A stretch of DNA of 51,544 nucleotides, taken from the IMG/VR virus record IMGVR_UViG_3300011008_000187. One strand, 5' to 3'. The translations under genes were made by a program, and so were the position numbers. The notes beneath the pieces are model-generated. The model saw nothing but the letters and a program-made list of their open reading frames with translations, did not search any database and was not told the origin of the DNA. Below are positions 25,883 through 33,111 of this stretch, one piece after another. Within the stretch, counting starts at the first letter, position 1. Each line of letters opens with the position of its first letter. This DNA comes from a virus.

Positions 25883-26737
25883 GTGTCAACAATCTACTGG
25901 CGGGAACAGAAACATATCTGCGGGAAAGACTACGACACCGCCCCGTACATGGAGGTTGATCTCTATGCCGTCAGCCCGCAGAAGCACAGAGCATCCGCAC
26001 GGGCCAAGCGACGGGAAGCCAGCAGCCTTGCCCAGCAGCGATATAACGAGAGCCGGGCGAAACGCTATCACGTCCAGCTTGTCAACACGAATTTCCACAA
26101 GGGGGATTTTTCGTGGACGGGGACATACGACGACGATCACCTGCCTGCGCCGGGAGACAAGGAGCGGGCCGACAAGGATTTCACCAACTACATGAAGCGC
26201 GTTTACCGCTGGTGCGATAAGCACGGAACCGCCCGCCCGAAATGGGTCATGGCGACGGAGTACAGCACAGTGCAGGAGGACGGCAGCACCGTGGGCCGCC
26301 ACCATCACCACGCAATCATCGAACATACCGAGGGCTTGACACGGGATATTCTGGAGGAGCTATGGAGTGAGCGCGGGCAGCGCATCGGACTGACGCGCTG
26401 CGAATATCTGGACGTGGATCACGGAAGCGTGGAAAGCCTCGTGAAATATATCAGCAAGAACAAACGGTGCGCCCGGAGCTGGCGGCAGAGCCGGGGCCTT
26501 GAAAAACCAAAAACGCCCCGCCCGAATGATACGAAGTGGAGCCGCAAAAAGGTGGAGGAGGCCAGCACCATGTACATAGACGACGCAGCCTATTGGGAAA
26601 AGCAATATCCGGGCTACACCCTGAACCGCGTGGAAACAAAAGTCAGCGACGCGGGCCTGCGCCATACGGTTGTCATTCTCCGACGGGCGGAGGCGTGGCA
26701 CGGATCGCCGGGCAGAAAGCGAGGGCGGGCCTCATGA
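25883..26737 (+). CDS. HUH rolling-circle replication initiator (Rep)
   Basis: The three RCR motifs occur in order: FSWTGTY, RHHHHAIIE (HUH) and VKYISKN (YxxK). The GTG at 25883 follows GGGGGTGGAG; the ORF-track extension to 25703 is probably non-coding. Confidence 0.6.
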   Translation: MSTIYWREQKHICGKDYDTAPYMEVDLYAVSPQKHRASARAKRREASSLAQQRYNESRAKRYHVQLVNTNFHKGDFSWTGTYDDDHLPAPGDKERADKDFTNYMKRVYRWCDKHGTARPKWVMATEYSTVQEDGSTVGRHHHHAIIEHTEGLTRDILEELWSERGQRIGLTRCEYLDVDHGSVESLVKYISKNKRCARSWRQSRGLEKPKTPRPNDTKWSRKKVEEASTMYIDDAAYWEKQYPGYTLNRVETKVSDAGLRHTVVILRRAEAWHGSPGRKRGRAS

Positions 26738-27237
26738 GAATGGAGCTGAAAGACCTGCCGCCCCACTACCGGGCTCAGGCGGAAAAGCTGCTTGCGGAGC
26801 AGGCAAAGAAAAAGAAAAACGATCCCATGCTGGCGGCCATGCAGCAGGCAAAAGCGGCGGGCCGGGACTTTGACAGCATGGGCGAGTATGAATTTTACAT
26901 CGGGGCCGTACTGCCGAAGCTGGCGACGGGAGAAATCAAGGCGTGCGAGCAGCACCCGCGTTTCCTCCTGTTCCCTGCCGGGGAGTATGGCGGCGTAGCC
27001 CTGCATGAAATCCGTTACACGGCGGACTTCCGGCTGGACTATGCCGACGGCGCGGTGGAGATCGTGGAGGTCAAGAGCAAGTTTGTCCGAAAAATGCAGC
27101 GGGATTACCCTGTCCGGCGACGGATTTTCATTGAGCAGATCGCCCGCCCCGCCGGATGGCGCTTTCGTGAGATCATCACGGCGGACAGCCGGGACGAAAT
27201 AAAACGCTGGCGGGAGCTGGCGAGGGAGGTCAAATAG
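26734..27237 (+). CDS. DUF1064-family protein (PD-(D/E)XK-like)
   Basis: S.GEYEFY..L......I...EQHPRF.L......YTADFRL.Y.DG..EIVEVKS matches the DUF1064 pattern. Confidence 0.65.
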   Translation: MRMELKDLPPHYRAQAEKLLAEQAKKKKNDPMLAAMQQAKAAGRDFDSMGEYEFYIGAVLPKLATGEIKACEQHPRFLLFPAGEYGGVALHEIRYTADFRLDYADGAVEIVEVKSKFVRKMQRDYPVRRRIFIEQIARPAGWRFREIITADSRDEIKRWRELAREVK

Positions 27238-27238
27238 C

Positions 27239-27457
27239 ATGGACGAAAACAGGACGCCGAAGCTGTGCCCGCTTTGTCAGCGGCACCGGCGGATGCAGAC
27301 CGTGGACGGCCTGCAATTCTGGATCGAATGGGGCGAGGACGGCAAGCCGCGCCTTGTGACGGACGCGCTGACAGTCGGCGGCGTTCATACGCTGTGCGTG
27401 GAGCATTGCCCGCTTTGCGGCGAGGCGCTGGTGGTGCAGGTGGGGGCGACAGCATGA
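27239..27457 (+). CDS. Hypothetical zinc-ribbon protein
   Basis: CPLC ... CPLCG. Confidence 0.5.
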   Translation: MDENRTPKLCPLCQRHRRMQTVDGLQFWIEWGEDGKPRLVTDALTVGGVHTLCVEHCPLCGEALVVQVGATA

Positions 27458-28086
27458 GCAGAAAAGGCAGAATACCGAATTTCGGGCGCGGAAAGGCCGC
27501 GCAGAACGCACAGCGGCGCTATCTGCGGGAGCGGGAGCCGGAGACAAAGCGGATCGAAAAGAAGCGCGAGGCGACGGCGGACATAGTTTCTATGTGCATC
27601 CTTGTGGCGCTCAACAAGGATTTTGGGCTGGGTGAAGCCCGCCTCCAGCGCGTCGCGGACAGGGCCGGGGCCGTAGCGGAGCAGTTCGACCTCAACAACA
27701 AGGGCGTGGGCTGGATCAAGGCAAAGAAAAAGCTGGACGAGGATATATCCGACGTTTTCAGCGGAAATTTTGTGCTGCCCGTGATCGTCACGCCGAAGAA
27801 GCCGCGCGAATGGGCGTATTTGAGCGAGCAGCGGGACGCTGCGGACACCGTGGTGAAGTTTTACGTCAAGGCCCTGCGGGAAGTCATGGGTTTTGGGAAA
27901 GACCGCACAGCGGCCTTTGTGCGGGCCGTGGAGCGGGAATACAAGGGTTTTGGCGACTGGGCCAAGGACGGCGACTATTACGGCTATCACAAGCTGGCGC
28001 GGGACATGAGCGTGATCCTGCACACGGAAATGATGGTCGATGAAAGCGAAGCGTCGGAACCGATCTTCGGCAGGACGCTGGACTGA
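27454..28086 (+). CDS. Hypothetical protein
   Basis: 210 aa. ATGA overlap with the previous gene. Confidence 0.55.
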   Translation: MSRKGRIPNFGRGKAAQNAQRRYLREREPETKRIEKKREATADIVSMCILVALNKDFGLGEARLQRVADRAGAVAEQFDLNNKGVGWIKAKKKLDEDISDVFSGNFVLPVIVTPKKPREWAYLSEQRDAADTVVKFYVKALREVMGFGKDRTAAFVRAVEREYKGFGDWAKDGDYYGYHKLARDMSVILHTEMMVDESEASEPIFGRTLD

Positions 28087-28105
28087 TTACGCGGAGGTGT
28101 TGAGT

Positions 28106-28591
28106 ATGCGGAGAAACGGCGCAGAAAGCATTGTGCTTTATTACAGGGCCATTCCGGGCATGAAAAAGCTGCTGCGGCAGGAGCAGCAGGAGCTTGAAAG
28201 CGATTATGACAGCCTGCGCGGGACGGCCTACGACGGGATGCCGCACGGCTCGACACCGGGGAAGCCGACGGAGGAACAGGCCGTGCGCCTCTCCGAAAAG
28301 GGCACCTATGACCGCTTGCAGGAAATCAGCGTGCGGCTGGCCGTTCTGGACGCGGACGCGGCCATGATCCGCGCCTCGCTGGACGCTATGAGCGGTAAGT
28401 ACAAAAGCCTTGTTTCCATGAAGCTGCTGCGTGGGTACAGTTGGGGCAAAATATCGGTACGGTTGGGGGTGCCGGACAGCACGGCGCGGTATCAGTTCCG
28501 CATGGCCCTTGACCGGCTGGCGGAGGTGCTGGACGACGTGCCCATGGCGGACGAGCTGGAGGCCCGCGCCTCGCGTGCGCGTTCCTTATAA
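28106..28591 (+). CDS. Sigma-70 region-4 / ArpU-like transcriptional regulator (candidate late activator)
   Basis: C-terminal ..LVSMKLLRGYSWGKISVRLGVPDSTARYQFRMALDRLA is a sigma region-4-type HTH. It is the last gene of the early operon. Confidence 0.55.
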   Translation: MRRNGAESIVLYYRAIPGMKKLLRQEQQELESDYDSLRGTAYDGMPHGSTPGKPTEEQAVRLSEKGTYDRLQEISVRLAVLDADAAMIRASLDAMSGKYKSLVSMKLLRGYSWGKISVRLGVPDSTARYQFRMALDRLAEVLDDVPMADELEARASRARSL

Positions 28592-28797
28592 GCGGCGAAG
28601 AAAAAACCGCCCGCTTTGGGCGCTCCCGCAACGCGCCGGAAAAGGCCCGTTTTGGGTGCGTTTGCCCGTGTAGAATTATCACGAAAAGGGCCGGTTTCCC
28701 CGAAAGCCGCTACGCGCGGAAAAAAGCATTTCCGCGAAGCAGTAAAGGCCGCTGGAAAAACAATTTGCGAATACCTGCGGAGCGGCGCAGAAAGATA

Positions 28798-28833
28798 CCC
28801 CGGCGGGACGTAATGCCTGCCGGGGCGCTTTTT
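28798..28833. terminator. Bidirectional terminator between convergent operons
   Basis: ccccggc...gccgggg stem followed by CGCTTTTT on the plus strand. Confidence 0.65.
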
Positions 28834-28850
28834 GTGTTTTGGGTTGTGCT

Positions 28851-29168
28851 TTACTTCTCCGGCGGGAGGCCGGTCAGGGACGGCGGGAGGCCGTTTTTGT
28901 CCAGCGGGCCGTCATACTCCGTCAGGTCGATTTGGGCGACGTGCAGGCCGGTTTCCGGGACGAGCTTATAATACCGGCCCTTTTCGTAATGCTGATCCGT
29001 CACACCGTCATACCACGCCACATCCCCATGCAGTTTTGCGGCGGCGGCGATCTGGTCATAGGCTTGTTTCTCCGTCAGGCCGTCGAACAGGAGCCGGGAG
29101 CCGTCGGCAAACTCCGCCACAAGGCGATAGGGCGCGAACGCCTGCGCGTTTTGTTCTTCCATAGGCAT
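28851..29168 (-). CDS. Hypothetical protein
   Basis: 105 aa. RBS is GGAGG. Confidence 0.55.
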   Translation of the reverse strand: MPMEEQNAQAFAPYRLVAEFADGSRLLFDGLTEKQAYDQIAAAAKLHGDVAWYDGVTDQHYEKGRYYKLVPETGLHVAQIDLTEYDGPLDKNGLPPSLTGLPPEK

Positions 29169-29191
29169 TTCCTCCGTTTTGGTGTGCTGCC

Positions 29192-29231
29192 ATTATAGCA
29201 GGTCAAGCCCCGCTTGTGAACGGGGCTTTTT
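29192..29231 (-). promoter_or_regulatory. Minus-strand promoter (TTCACA-17-TGcTATAAT) overlapping a plus-oriented hairpin plus T-run
   Basis: Reverse complement of 29192-29220 gives TTCACA, 17 nt, TATAAT with an extended TG. The hairpin is gccccg/cggggc followed by TTTTT on the plus strand. Confidence 0.45.
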
Positions 29232-29236
29232 CTGCG

Positions 29237-29614
29237 TCAGGCAAACAGGGCGAATTGCTGCCAGCCTCCGCCTGCGTCCTCCGCGTAAAGCTCCACGGGA
29301 GCGGGCGCGGCGTCGGCGGGAGTGTCACGGAAATAGCCGTTTTCCGCGAGCAGGCCGGTAAAGTTGCGATCCACGCCGCCGGTGCGTTCAAGCCATTCGG
29401 CGTTAGGGATAATACCGGAAAGCACCTCCCGCGTTTCGTCGGCGGTGAACAGATACCACGTATTAACCTCGGTGGGGCTGGGATGGTTGGCGCGGGTAAT
29501 CAACAGCAGATAATCCTCTCCGTCCTTATGCCATATCTGGCGCTCGGTCGTGCGGTCAAAGCGGGCGGTTTCGCGTTCATACTCCGCGATACTGGCAAAG
29601 CCGTGAAACTGCAT
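29237..29614 (-). CDS. Hypothetical protein ending in WQQFALFA
   Basis: 125 aa. The C-terminal motif is shared with 30676..31176. Confidence 0.6.
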   Translation of the reverse strand: MQFHGFASIAEYERETARFDRTTERQIWHKDGEDYLLLITRANHPSPTEVNTWYLFTADETREVLSGIIPNAEWLERTGGVDRNFTGLLAENGYFRDTPADAAPAPVELYAEDAGGGWQQFALFA

Positions 29615-29629
29615 CTTGTGGGCCTCCTT

Positions 29630-29818
29630 TCAGGCGTTTTCATATGGGCGCGTATCTTCTATGCGATAATCTTTATCATTTGGCATGAGCTTTTCAAGCT
29701 CCGCGCGATCATCGGACGCGGCAATATCTTTCCAGCGGTATGTATGGACGGGGAAACTGTGATTGCCGAGGATGTTTGGCCGGGCAACGGCCTCTTTTCG
29801 TTGCAGGCGATAGCGCAT
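29630..29818 (-). CDS. Hypothetical protein (62 aa)
   Basis: The ATG at 29818 is preceded by GGAGG. The longer track ORF to 30001 overlaps the next gene. Confidence 0.45.
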   Translation of the reverse strand: MRYRLQRKEAVARPNILGNHSFPVHTYRWKDIAASDDRAELEKLMPNDKDYRIEDTRPYENA

Positions 29819-29912
29819 GATATAAACCTCCGTTTCGTGTGTTTTGGGCTTTTGCTCATGGGATCGGGCCGATTTGGAGCGGTGCGGCCCGTTCAGGGTG
29901 TCCGCGTGCGGG

Positions 29913-30287
29913 CTATTCTTCCGTGGTGAGCTGGATAAACGATCCTGCATACTCGCAAATGCGCGTGGGGTGCAGCCCGTCGTCAATACTGGCCCTGTCA
30001 ATGAAAGACGACATTTTGTTTGTCCAGAGGTTCAGCACGGCAAGCGCCCATTCAAGGCCCCATTCGTCCAGCCGTTCCCGGCGCGTGTAGAGCGTGGACG
30101 CGACGCACAGAGCGGTCACGGCCCTGCCGTGCGTTTTCAGACAATCGTTGAAATGCTCGCGGACTTTCGGCGTGGAAAGGTCTTTGCTTGCGGCCCGGAC
30201 TTTGTTCAGAGTGTCAAACCGGGCCTCTCGTGTCCCGTCACCATTCAGGGCCTTTATTTCCCGCGCAAGCGTGCGATCAAGTTTCAT
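29913..30287 (-). CDS. DUF3849-like protein
   Basis: ..HGRAVTALCVASTLYTRRERLDEWGLEWA.. resembles the DUF3849 core seen in Firmicutes ICEs. Recognised from memory only. Confidence 0.4.
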   Translation of the reverse strand: MKLDRTLAREIKALNGDGTREARFDTLNKVRAASKDLSTPKVREHFNDCLKTHGRAVTALCVASTLYTRRERLDEWGLEWALAVLNLWTNKMSSFIDRASIDDGLHPTRICEYAGSFIQLTTEE

Positions 30288-30302
30288 CTTGTGGGCCTCC
30301 TT

Positions 30303-30629
30303 TCAGGCAGCACCGGCGGCGCAGGCGCGGCGCAGGTCGTCATACTCCGGCGCAAGCTCAACGACGCCTCCGGCGATTTCGTTGTTGTGGTAGAGCGTGC
30401 TGGTTTCCACGTTCTCAAATACCACCGTCCAAGCAAAGGAGCGGAGCGGGAGGAGGCCGTCGCCCATGTGAGCCAGCGGATCGGAGCCGCGCCGCCAGTC
30501 AATGCAGAGCTGCCCGGTGCGCGGGTGCTTCTGGATCGTGAACACTTCCCCATGGTTGCGGGTCTTGATCTCACAGCGGCGGGGCCATTCAATCATGTGA
30601 ACGCGGATTTTGTCATTTTCGTGCAGCAT
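30303..30629 (-). CDS. Hypothetical protein
   Basis: 108 aa. Confidence 0.5.
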   Translation of the reverse strand: MLHENDKIRVHMIEWPRRCEIKTRNHGEVFTIQKHPRTGQLCIDWRRGSDPLAHMGDGLLPLRSFAWTVVFENVETSTLYHNNEIAGGVVELAPEYDDLRRACAAGAA

Positions 30630-30675
30630 TTTGGTTTCCTTTCTGCCCTCGTGACCTCCGGGGCGGGCTTTGTGT

Positions 30676-31176
30676 TCAGGCGAAAAGCGCGTATTGCATC
30701 CAGTCGGGAGCGGGAGCGGCGGCGGGCGTTTCGTCGTCCTCGTCGGTTTCGTCCGGCTGGTAAACGTCCGGGGAAAATCCCTGCTCCGCTATGTTTTTCA
30801 GCCATTGCCAGAGGAAGCCGTCAAGCTCCGTCCGCAGGCCGGGCCGGTAACGCTCGCGCCCGTCGTCGCCCGTGAGATAAACCTCCTGATACAAGCCCAT
30901 ATAGTCATTCTGGAACGTGAGCGGGTCAACGGTTCCGGCCTTGTGGTCAACGCTGATCGTCATATCGGGATCGCGCATGGCGTCGCCGTTCTGCTCGCCG
31001 TAGTGGGTGACACTGTACACCTTGCCGCCGTGGAACGTATAGCCGAGGTATTCCACGACGAGCGGCATATACCCGCCGGAGAGAAAACGCCGGGCGCGTT
31101 CCGGGCTGGCGTCCGTGGCCGCTAAAAACGGCTGGATCATGCGATAGTTGGTTGTGGCGTGTTTTGTGGGTTTCAT
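30676..31176 (-). CDS. Hypothetical protein ending in acidic linker plus WMQYALFA
   Basis: 166 aa. RBS is GGAGG. Confidence 0.6.
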   Translation of the reverse strand: MKPTKHATTNYRMIQPFLAATDASPERARRFLSGGYMPLVVEYLGYTFHGGKVYSVTHYGEQNGDAMRDPDMTISVDHKAGTVDPLTFQNDYMGLYQEVYLTGDDGRERYRPGLRTELDGFLWQWLKNIAEQGFSPDVYQPDETDEDDETPAAAPAPDWMQYALFA

Positions 31177-31196
31177 GGGATTATACCTCCGTTTCG

Positions 31197-31421
31197 TTAT
31201 CTTCTCACTACATACCCGGCCTCAAGCCATGCGCGGGCCGTCGGGCCGTCTTGCAGCGGTTCACAGGCGAAAAAGGCGATTGTTCCGGCGGGGCGCGGTT
31301 CCAGATTGGGCCGGGCGGCGGCGAACAGCTCCGCGTATGCCGTGTAAAGGAACGGAGCCTCCTCCGGCGTCAGTTCGTCCGGCTGGACGGGGCGACCGGG
31401 CCATTGATATGCTTTGCTCAT
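31197..31421 (-). CDS. Hypothetical protein (74 aa)
   Basis: RBS is CAGGAGG. Confidence 0.5.
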   Translation of the reverse strand: MSKAYQWPGRPVQPDELTPEEAPFLYTAYAELFAAARPNLEPRPAGTIAFFACEPLQDGPTARAWLEAGYVVRR

Positions 31422-31446
31422 TTCGTGATCCTCCTGTTTTGGTTTT

Positions 31447-31512
31447 GGCCTGCCATCATCGGCGGCGGGCGGCCATTCCCGCCGGACGGAGCCGGGCGGC
31501 CCCGTTTCGGCT
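31447..31512 (-). repeat. Structured intergenic repeat, copy 1
   Basis: 66 bp, differing from copy 3 at 1 position. Contains two GC-rich hairpins. Confidence 0.8.
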
Positions 31513-31514
31513 TG

Positions 31515-32432
31515 TTATGCGAGCTTCAAAACGCGGCGGGCGGCGCGTTCTGCGTTCTCGGTAAGCTGGCGCTGCCATGCCTGATTTTTTGGCGACCAGC
31601 GGAAGCCCTCGCCTTTCAGGGCCTCGCGCGTCTCCGCGTCCGGGATCGCGTCGAATACGATTTGCAGCCGGTTTAACTCCACGTTGCGGACGATCTGCCC
31701 GCCGTCAAACTCCGTCGCGCTGTCGGGCGCGTCCTGCCGGGCTTGCAGCTTGTCCAGTTCCTCCAGCCGGGCCGCCGTGCGCTTGATCCTCTCGCGGATG
31801 CTGGATAGCTCATAATCGGGATAGGGCTTGTATAGCTCCGGACGCGGTGTGTGCTCTTTTACGCTGGCGTCCAGCCGGGCGGCGGCCTCGTCGGTGACGC
31901 CGGGGCAGCCCTTGAAAGTCTTGTGCTTCCTGTAATGGGCGTTTACCTCCTTGGCGCGGGCCTGCTTCTTTTGGAGCTTTTCGAGGCGCTCCGTCAAAAT
32001 CTCGCGGGCGTGGGGATCTGTCAGGTCAACGGGGCCGGTGCCGATTTCGGTTATTCTGTCGCGGATCGCCTGAATTTCGTTGTACTCTTTCCAAAGCGCA
32101 TCCTCGCGGCCCTGCTGCTTTTCGTGCTTGCGTCCAAAGTGTTTTCCGTAGTTGCTGCCGCCGGTGATAAAGGACGAGGGACAGCTTGCCGTGTTGCGGT
32201 TGTGGGCGTTTGTCCAGTCCGCGAGGCGCTTTGCGTAGCGGTCAACGGCGGCGTCGATGCGGTCATGATAGAACGGGCTGACGCGCTTCTTGTGCTGCTC
32301 GGCAATCTCGGCGGCCCCGTCCACGGCGGCGCGGTATTCCGCCGTTGCGCTGCCGGGCTTGTAGTCGCTCATGGAATACGCCTCCAGCGCCCTGCGTGCG
32401 GTCTGTTCGTCGATTTCGTAATAGTTCGGCAT
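31515..32432 (-). CDS. DUF3560-like protein
   Basis: The C-terminus RLQIVFDAIPDAETREALKGEGFRWSPKNQAWQRQLT is typical of DUF3560 (plasmid/ICE/phage). The ATG at 32432 follows CAGGAGG. Confidence 0.55.
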   Translation of the reverse strand: MPNYYEIDEQTARRALEAYSMSDYKPGSATAEYRAAVDGAAEIAEQHKKRVSPFYHDRIDAAVDRYAKRLADWTNAHNRNTASCPSSFITGGSNYGKHFGRKHEKQQGREDALWKEYNEIQAIRDRITEIGTGPVDLTDPHAREILTERLEKLQKKQARAKEVNAHYRKHKTFKGCPGVTDEAAARLDASVKEHTPRPELYKPYPDYELSSIRERIKRTAARLEELDKLQARQDAPDSATEFDGGQIVRNVELNRLQIVFDAIPDAETREALKGEGFRWSPKNQAWQRQLTENAERAARRVLKLA

Positions 32433-32997
32433 GGTGTAAACCTCCTGTTTTGGTTTTGGTGTTTGGCCTGCCATCATCAGCGCCGGGAGGCCAGTTCCGG
32501 CGGACGGGCCGCGCGGCCCGTTTCGGCTCCGTGCGGGAGAGCGGCGCGGCGGGCGTCTCGGTGGCCTGCTCCGGCGCGGCCTGCTCCATCACGGGAGCGG
32601 GAGCGACGGCGGGCGTTTCGTCGCTTCCCTGCTCCACCGGCGCGGCGGGCGTGGTGCCCACGCTGCCGGTTTCGTCGTCGCTGCCGTCGGTGCGCCTGAC
32701 CTGCGAAACGTGGAACAGGTGCGACAGCTTTTTGTAATAATGCGGATCGTCGGGCAGCTCCTCCCCGGCGGCCTCCGCCGCTTCCCGCAGGGCCTTGGCC
32801 GGGCGCGTCGTGTATTTCCAGAGGTCAACGTGAAGCATGGCCTTTTCGCCCTTTTTCACGCTGTAGCCGCGGGCTTTCCACTCTTGGAACGTGTGCAGCG
32901 GGATCATGTGCCCGGAGGCAAGGATCGCGTTTACCTGCTCCTCGGTGTAAATGCCCTGTTCAACGGCGGCACTGCAAATGATTTCGTTGTTTGTCAT
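32263..32997 (-). CDS. ArdC-N-like (ssDNA-binding/antirestriction-type) domain protein; 3' end doubtful
   Basis: N-terminal ..IPLHTFQEWKARGYSVKKGEKA.. resembles the ArdC N-domain. The ORF has no stop before repeat copy 2 and runs 170 nt into the next gene. Confidence 0.45.
   Translation of the reverse strand: MTNNEIICSAAVEQGIYTEEQVNAILASGHMIPLHTFQEWKARGYSVKKGEKAMLHVDLWKYTTRPAKALREAAEAAGEELPDDPHYYKKLSHLFHVSQVRRTDGSDDETGSVGTTPAAPVEQGSDETPAVAPAPVMEQAAPEQATETPAAPLSRTEPKRAARPVRRNWPPGADDGRPNTKTKTGGLHHAELLRNRRTDRTQGAGGVFHERLQARQRNGGIPRRRGRGRRDCRAAQEARQPVLS
32465..32528 (-). repeat. Structured intergenic repeat, copy 2 (diverged)
   Basis: Same architecture as copies 1 and 3, with a compensatory G-C to C-G change in hairpin A. 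Confidence 0.7.
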
Positions 32998-33031
32998 GGT
33001 GATAACCTCCCGTTAAAAATTCGTTGTGTTT

Positions 33032-33097
33032 GGCCTGCCATCATCGGCGGCGGGCGGCCATTCCCGCCGGACGGGGCCGGGCGGCCCCGTTTCGGCT
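33032..33097 (-). repeat. Structured intergenic repeat, copy 3
   Basis: 66 bp, differing from copy 1 at 1 position. Confidence 0.8.
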
Positions 33098-33111
33098 GTT
33101 TGGGTTTTAGT

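Noticed and set aside
31447-33097. The three-copy 66-bp repeat as a CRISPR array.
   Set aside because: The copies are about 950 and 500 bp apart and are separated by genes, not short uniform spacers. There are no cas genes.
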